A stretch of 11,978 bases of DNA, taken from assembly GCA_034408725.1 (NCBI GenBank), contig JAWXCN010000278.1, positions 1 to 11,978 of the forward strand, written 5' to 3'. Made by a program: the position numbers and the translations under genes. Each line of letters starts with the position of its first letter. Position 1 is the stretch's first letter. Origin of the DNA: Candidatus Hydrogenedentota bacterium. Its GTDB lineage: Bacteria > Hydrogenedentota > Hydrogenedentia > Hydrogenedentales > SLHB01. The notes below the pieces were generated by a model, which was not told the DNA's origin, ran no database searches, and was given only the letters and a program-made list of their open reading frames with translations. Positions 7,225-11,978 of this stretch are shown one piece after another.

Positions 7225-7254
7225 TGGACACGTCGGCCCATCGAACAGTACAAT
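7225..7254 (+). promoter_or_regulatory. Possible sigma70 promoter for metG
   Basis: TGGACA (7225-7230), 18 bp, then TACAAT (7249-7254), about 65 bp upstream of the start codon. Confidence 0.35.
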
Positions 7255-7320
7255 CTCCCCTCTGGCGCGGGCGATTGCCTGCGCTTTCTTTTGACTGTAG
7301 GCATACGCACGGGAATCTTC

Positions 7321-9066
7321 ATGACGACGGAAAACACATTTACGCGCACCCTGGTCACCAGTGCGCTTCCCTATGCCAACGGGCACATCCACCTCGGCCA
7401 CGTCGCGGGGGCGTATCTGCCGGCAGACATCTATGTACGGTTCAAACGCCTGCTCGGTGAGCGGGTGCTGTATATCGGCGGATCAGACGAATACGGCGTG
7501 CCGATTACCTTGACCGCGCTAAAGGAGGGCATCTCCCCGCAGGAGATTATTGACCGGTATCACGCGGCCAATGCTGAATCGTTTGCGCGGCTCGGTATTT
7601 CCTACGACATCTATGGCCGCACGTCGTGGGACCTGCACTCGGACACGACCCAGGCGTTTTTCACGAAATTGCTGGAAGGCGGTCACATCAATCAGCAAAC
7701 AATGGAGCTGTGGTATACGGAACAATCGCAAAAATATCTCCCCGACCGCTACGTCAAAGGCACATGCCCGAAGTGCGGGTACGAAGAGGCTACGGGGGAC
7801 GAATGCGAGAACTGCGGCACGCAATTTGCCGCCAGGGAACTCGTGAATCCGCGTGTGAACATTCCCGGCGATTCTTCGACGCCGGTGTTGCGCGATTCGA
7901 TGCACTGGTTCCTGCGCTTGCAGGATTTTTCCGCTTCGCTCAAGCAATGGCTCGACGGCCATCCCGAATGGCGCGCAAATGTCAAAGGCATTGCATACGG
8001 CTGGGTGAACGAATTGCGCGCCCGCTGCATCACCCGGGACACCGACTGGGGCGTGCCCATCCCGCTGGAAAGCCCAGACGTGGAAGGTAAAAAAATTTAC
8101 GTGTGGTTCGACGCGCCTATCGGTTACGTCACCAACACGCGACAATGGGGCATCGACGCGAAGGGCGATCCGGATGCCTGGCTTGTGTGGTGGAAGGACA
8201 CGGGCACGCGCATGCTCCATTTCATCGGCAAGGACAACGTCCCGTTCCACACCGTGATCTTTCCCGCGATGCTCATGGGCCAGGGCGATTACATTCTGCC
8301 GGATAACGTCGTCGGCAACGAATACCTCAACGTCTACAACCGCGAAACCGGCAAGACGGAAAAAGGATCGAAGTCCAAGGGCAACATGATCAGCGTGCGC
8401 TGGTTCGTCGAACGCTTCTGCCGCGACGCGATCCGCTACTACCTCTGCGCAATCATGCCGGAAGCGCGCGACGCCGCGTTCGACTGGGACGAATTCGTCA
8501 ATCGCTACAACGGCGAGCTGTGCGACGTCGTTGGTAATTTTGTGCATCGCTCGCTCACGATGACCGTGAAAAACTTCGAGGGCAAAGTGCCTGAATCCGG
8601 CACACTCGATGCTGAAGACCGCGCATTGCTCGATTCATTGCCTGCGCAACTCGATGGCATCGCGGATTCGCTCGAAAACTTCCGGTTCCGCCAAGCCTCC
8701 GAACGGCTGATCGACATGGGCCGCCGCGCAAACGTATATTTCGACACGAAAGCGCCGTGGACCACGCGCAAAACCGATCTCACGCGCACCGGCACAACGT
8801 TGTACGTGTGCTGCCAGGTCGTCCGCGCGTTATGTACCGCACTTGTGCCGTTCACACCAGACGGCGCGGAAAAACTTGCGCGCATACTCAATATTGCGCT
8901 CCCAAAAGGCGGGCCCGACGGCGGCGAGGACGGCTGGAACGCCGCGAAAGCCGGCATCAAATCCGGCGCGCCATTGAACACGCCCGAGGTGCTGTTTCCA
9001 AAACTCGATCCGGATTTCGTTTCGGGTCTCGCCGAGGAACATGCGGCAGGCGGAGAAGTCGGATAA
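7321..9066 (+). CDS. metG: Methionine--tRNA ligase (short form without the C-terminal tRNA-binding dimerisation domain), 581 aa
   Basis: Motifs: LVTSALPYANGHIHLGH (HIGH), GSDEYG, Zn knuckle CPKC...CENC, ITRDTDWGVPIP, YVWFDAPIGY, HFIGKDNVPFH, KGSKS (KMSKS equivalent), and C-terminal LFPK. The start at 7321 fits family length; the track extension to 7204 begins inside a REP remnant. Confidence 0.97.
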   Translation: MTTENTFTRTLVTSALPYANGHIHLGHVAGAYLPADIYVRFKRLLGERVLYIGGSDEYGVPITLTALKEGISPQEIIDRYHAANAESFARLGISYDIYGRTSWDLHSDTTQAFFTKLLEGGHINQQTMELWYTEQSQKYLPDRYVKGTCPKCGYEEATGDECENCGTQFAARELVNPRVNIPGDSSTPVLRDSMHWFLRLQDFSASLKQWLDGHPEWRANVKGIAYGWVNELRARCITRDTDWGVPIPLESPDVEGKKIYVWFDAPIGYVTNTRQWGIDAKGDPDAWLVWWKDTGTRMLHFIGKDNVPFHTVIFPAMLMGQGDYILPDNVVGNEYLNVYNRETGKTEKGSKSKGNMISVRWFVERFCRDAIRYYLCAIMPEARDAAFDWDEFVNRYNGELCDVVGNFVHRSLTMTVKNFEGKVPESGTLDAEDRALLDSLPAQLDGIADSLENFRFRQASERLIDMGRRANVYFDTKAPWTTRKTDLTRTGTTLYVCCQVVRALCTALVPFTPDGAEKLARILNIALPKGGPDGGEDGWNAAKAGIKSGAPLNTPEVLFPKLDPDFVSGLAEEHAAGGEVG

Positions 9067-9071
9067 ATCCA

Positions 9072-9117
9072 GGGGACTGTCACCGGCAACGCGTTTTGGT
9101 TGCCGGTGGCTGTCCCC
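9072..9117. repeat. Long hairpin (GGGGACWG...TGTCCCC type) just after the metG stop; third repeat type or terminator
   Basis: GGGGACTGTCACCGGCAAC, an 8-nt loop, then GTTGCCGGTGGCTGTCCCC: a 19-bp stem with one mismatch and one G-U pair, and no U-tract. Confidence 0.6.
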
Positions 9118-9147
9118 GATCCACGTCCAAAATCCGCGTGAAGCGCC

Positions 9148-9178
9148 TTGGAGCGCGGCAGCGGTTAGCTGCCGCTTT
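9148..9178 (+). repeat. Solo REP-B-type copy
   Basis: TTGGAGCGCGGCAGCGGTTAGCTGCCGCTTT has the same head, stem and CCGCTTT tail as the REP-B consensus TTGGAGTGCGGCGGCGGTAGCTGCCGCTTT. Confidence 0.75.
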
Positions 9179-9316
9179 CCCTTAACATCGGCAAGCTTCC
9201 TTCGCAAATAAGCAAAATGCCCTGGCTACGGCGCCCACCGTGTACACACCAACCGCGAACAACCGGAACGAAGTTGCGGACCATCTGCCCCACTCTCTAC
9301 GCTAACTCCATAATCG

Positions 9317-9439
9317 ATGGGAGCATTGGTTTGGCTGCTTTGCGCGTTGCCATTTCTGATTTGGTTCGCAACGCTCCAATACTGCTCCCCAATTCGCGTC
9401 AGTTTGGGAAGAAAAGTTTCAATGCGAGCCAAACCATGA
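9317..9439 (+). CDS. Putative small membrane protein (40 aa), translationally coupled to the oxidoreductase
   Basis: MGALVWLLCALPFLIWFATLQYCSPIRVSLGRKVSMRAKP*: about 20 hydrophobic residues then a basic tail. Its TGA overlaps the next ATG (ATGA, 9436-9439). No clear SD. Confidence 0.35.
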   Translation: MGALVWLLCALPFLIWFATLQYCSPIRVSLGRKVSMRAKP

Positions 9440-10494
9440 ACCGCCGTTCGTTTCTCCAGGCTGTCGCCTTGGGCGCCGCCACCACCACGCTTGCCACTGC
9501 TACGGACCAACCAAAAAAAATTCGCTGCGGCATCCTCGGCATCGATCACGCCCACGGCGTCGACGTGCTCAAAGTGCTGCAACGATCACCGGATTTCGAC
9601 CTCGTTGGCGTGTGTGAGCCGGATGACGCGGTGCGATCGCAGCTTGAAAATAACCCCGCGTTGAAAGACGTGCGCTGGCTGTCGCGCGACGAATTGCTGA
9701 GCGACACTTCAATCAAAATGGCCGCCGTAGAATCCGGTGTGCCGCGTCTGCTCGAACTCGCGCGCAACGCGGTTGACGCGGGTAAACATATTCATCTCGA
9801 CAAACCTGCTGGCGCATCATTACCAGCGTTTCGCGCGCTGATGGAAGAAGCCGAACGAAAACAATTGCTCGTGCAGATGGGCTACATGTTCCGCTACAAC
9901 CCCGGATTCGATTTCATCCGGCGCGCCGTGCGCGAAAATTGGCTCGGGGAAATTTATTCGATCAACGCGAGTATGTGTACTGATCTCGACGCCGTAAAAC
10001 GCGCGCGCATCGGCGCGTTCTCCGGCGGCATCATGTTCGAACTTGGCTGCCATGTAATCGACATGATCGTGCTGTTGCTCGGTGCTCCTGAAAAAGTCAC
10101 TTCTTTCATCCGGCATGACGGCGCTACGAATGATCTGCTCGCGGACAACACGCTCGCCGTATTCGAATATCCCCGCGCAATAGCCTTTATTGAATCCGCC
10201 GCGATGGAGTTTCAGCCGTTTCCTACGCGCCGTTTCAAAATCGCCGGTAGCAACGGCTCCATTGTTCTGACGCCGTTGGAGCCGCCTGCCGGACATTTGG
10301 CGTTGCGCAATGGTGCTGGCGGCTACAACACTGGCACACATCCCATTGTGTTCGAGGAGTTGCCGCGCCACGCCGCCGATTTCTCGGATTTCGCGGCGTG
10401 TATGCGCGGCGATCACTCATTTGCGTATGCGAAAGCGCACGATCTCTCCGTACAAGAAGTTGTATTGAAGGCCAGCGGCATGCCGCTTACCTGA
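9436..10494 (+). CDS. Gfo/Idh/MocA family NAD(P)-dependent oxidoreductase with twin-arginine signal (352 aa)
   Basis: MNRRSFLQAVALGAA gives the Tat motif RRxFL. Rossmann start KIRCGILGIDHAH, then GKHIHLDKP (EKP motif variant), QMGYMFRYNP and GGIMFELGCHVID. The track start at 9217 adds 73 implausible residues. Confidence 0.92.
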   Translation: MNRRSFLQAVALGAATTTLATATDQPKKIRCGILGIDHAHGVDVLKVLQRSPDFDLVGVCEPDDAVRSQLENNPALKDVRWLSRDELLSDTSIKMAAVESGVPRLLELARNAVDAGKHIHLDKPAGASLPAFRALMEEAERKQLLVQMGYMFRYNPGFDFIRRAVRENWLGEIYSINASMCTDLDAVKRARIGAFSGGIMFELGCHVIDMIVLLLGAPEKVTSFIRHDGATNDLLADNTLAVFEYPRAIAFIESAAMEFQPFPTRRFKIAGSNGSIVLTPLEPPAGHLALRNGAGGYNTGTHPIVFEELPRHAADFSDFAACMRGDHSFAYAKAHDLSVQEVVLKASGMPLT

Positions 10495-10600
10495 TCCCTG
10501 TTTTCATCGCCGCTTCCCCGCAATGAATAGAAACCATCCCGCGCGTGTTAATACCGGCAATAAGTTGCTGCGTATAACAACATTGCTCGGAGATAGAACG

Positions 10601-11023
10601 ATGAAAACGAAAAACGTTCCACGCGCCGTCGGGTGGATCTCCGCATTCGCGGCGACTGTTTCGCTCGGTCTGTATGTTCACGCAAACTCGTATTCGGATG
10701 TCGCCGATCTGCGTGATCACATGAAAAAGTATGCCAACGAATCCCGTGTGTTACAGGAAGGTCTTAGGTCCGCCGAAATCGCAGTCGATGCATTCGTCAC
10801 GCCGGAGTACGTTGTGTTTGGCGAACCCTTTGGCCGCGGCACCGTCTACACCCGCGCTATCACAATTGACCATCGCGTCATGTATTGGGCGATCGATTAT
10901 CACTTCACGCACGACAACGGCGAGTGGCGCCTCGGCGACAGCACGATGTACGTTCACGGCCCCGATCTGATCTCCAATGCGCGCACGGCGCTTAACCGCG
11001 AACGGTTCGCATTCCTAAAATAG
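10601..11023 (+). CDS. Hypothetical protein with N-terminal membrane anchor or signal (140 aa)
   Basis: GGAGA RBS before ATG 10601. Basic N-terminus followed by hydrophobic AVGWISAFAATVSLGLYV; beta-rich C-terminal part with DNGEWRL. No family recognised. Confidence 0.7.
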   Translation: MKTKNVPRAVGWISAFAATVSLGLYVHANSYSDVADLRDHMKKYANESRVLQEGLRSAEIAVDAFVTPEYVVFGEPFGRGTVYTRAITIDHRVMYWAIDYHFTHDNGEWRLGDSTMYVHGPDLISNARTALNRERFAFLK

Positions 11024-11045
11024 TAGGTTCATTTCTCGATGCGCC

Positions 11046-11086
11046 AACGTAGCGCCGGATTCCGATCCGGCGCCGCGTTGTTCTTC
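11046..11086 (+). terminator. Possible terminator hairpin after the hypothetical gene
   Basis: GCGCCGGAT-TCCG-ATCCGGCGC core (11052-11073), extendable by AACG/CGTT, with a weak U-rich tail (TTGTTCTT). Confidence 0.45.
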
Positions 11087-11232
11087 CCAATACCGCCGTT
11101 CCCCATCCAATCCCCAGCCCATCAATCCCCGCAACTGAGCTTTGCGCGCAGGGCGCGCCCAAACGCGGCGCTCATATTTCTTTCAGTCAGGACTATCGGA
11201 GTCGCGCGGCGACGGAAATTGATCCGCCAGTT

Positions 11233-11241
11233 TGGTATACT
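11233..11241 (+). promoter_or_regulatory. Putative extended -10 promoter for the ABC-F gene
   Basis: TGG-TATACT (TGn plus -10) in AT-rich DNA about 45 bp upstream of ATG 11286. No well-spaced -35 was seen. Confidence 0.45.
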
Positions 11242-11285
11242 TTGTTGCTCACTCATGAAAAATTATCAGAGACTATTATCTACGA

Positions 11286-11978
11286 ATGAGTTACATACGA
11301 TTCGAAAACGTCGCCAAGCGCTTCGCCGGGGTTCCCGTAGTCCAAGGAATTAATCTCCGCATCGAGGAAAAGGACAAGGTCGGTCTGATTGGCCGCAACG
11401 GCGCCGGGAAAAGCACACTATTCCGTTTGATGCTCGGCGAGCTCGACGCAGACGAAGGTACTATCGAACGGATGCGGCGCGCGCGGGTGGCGTGCCTGGC
11501 CCAGTTGCCAGTGCTGGACCCCAACGAAACGCTGTTCGACGTCGTGCTGCGCTCCTTTGCCGACGTGCTTGCGCTCGAACAGCGGTTGCGCGCGTTCGAG
11601 GAGCAACTTAGCGCGGGCGATGAATCCGTTCTGCCGGCATATAGCGCGGTGCAGGACGAGTTTCAGCAGCGCGGGGGATACGACTTCCGGACAAATATCA
11701 AGCGCGTGCTCCACGGTCTCGGGTTCACCATAAACGATTTTGATTTGCACGCGAGCGCGTTGAGCGGCGGCCAGCGCACGCGCCTGATGCTCGCCCTGGT
11801 GTTGTTGCAAGACGCTGATCTGTTGCTGCTCGACGAACCCGAGAACCACCTCGATCTCGAAGCGCGAGAATGGCTCGAAGGCTTCCTGCAGGACTGGCCG
11901 CGCGCCTTCGTAATCATTTCTCACGACCGCCAGACCCTCACCGCCGTCACGAACCGCATTATCGAGGTCGAGCGCGGC
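11286..11978 (+). CDS. ABC-F family ATP-binding cassette protein (ribosome-associated; Uup/YheS/YdiF-like), 3' end runs off the window
   Basis: Manual translation: MSYIRFENVAKRFAG...KVGLIGRNGAGKSTLFR (Walker A), then a helical arm insertion (LALEQRLRAFEEQL...GGYDFRTNIKRVLHGLGF), LSGGQRTRL (signature), LLLLDEPENHLD (Walker B) and IISHDR. The arm insertion and NHLD are ABC-F features. No stop in the window, so it is missing from the ORF track. Confidence 0.93.
   Translation, partial: MSYIRFENVAKRFAGVPVVQGINLRIEEKDKVGLIGRNGAGKSTLFRLMLGELDADEGTIERMRRARVACLAQLPVLDPNETLFDVVLRSFADVLALEQRLRAFEEQLSAGDESVLPAYSAVQDEFQQRGGYDFRTNIKRVLHGLGFTINDFDLHASALSGGQRTRLMLALVLLQDADLLLLDEPENHLDLEAREWLEGFLQDWPRAFVIISHDRQTLTAVTNRIIEVERG

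Noticed and set aside
7074-7320. T-box or SAM riboswitch upstream of metG
   Set aside because: I saw no T-box motif (TGGNACCGCG), no SAM-I core and no leader terminator; the region is largely explained by REP sequence.
7519-9207. Minus-strand ORFs 7519-8547, 8505-9089 and 8830-9207
   Set aside because: They are antisense shadows of metG.
11291-11924. Minus-strand ORFs 11291-11524, 11418-11924 and 11663-11917
   Set aside because: They are antisense shadows of the ABC-F gene.

Overview
GC-rich bacterial chromosomal window, probably from Candidatus Hydrogenedentota or a PVC-like lineage. This is inferred only from the prepilin/DUF1559 protein and the lipoprotein style. Genes in order: tsaB (minus, partial, absent from the ORF track), a small lipoprotein (+), a prepilin-type/DUF1559 protein (-), a large beta-propeller lipoprotein (-), metG (+), a Tat-signal Gfo/Idh/MocA oxidoreductase (+), a membrane-anchored hypothetical (+) and an ABC-F ATPase (+, partial, absent from the ORF track). 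The genes are mostly ordinary; the intergenic DNA is not. About 19 copies of a REP-like palindrome family (TTGGA[G/C]TGCGG...CCGCTTT) occur in four clusters. Most belong to a 132-bp REP-A / 57-bp spacer / inverted REP-B module that is both dispersed and tandemly amplified. A second inverted-repeat family encloses a ~96-bp MITE-like insertion, and a third hairpin type follows metG. The large repeat blocks lie outside the predicted transcripts. Also noted: a ~220-nt structured leader ahead of the DUF1559 gene, a hidden 40-aa hydrophobic ORF coupled (ATGA) to the oxidoreductase, and a KGSKS variant of the MetRS KMSKS motif. No CRISPR array, rRNA, tRNA or transposase was found.
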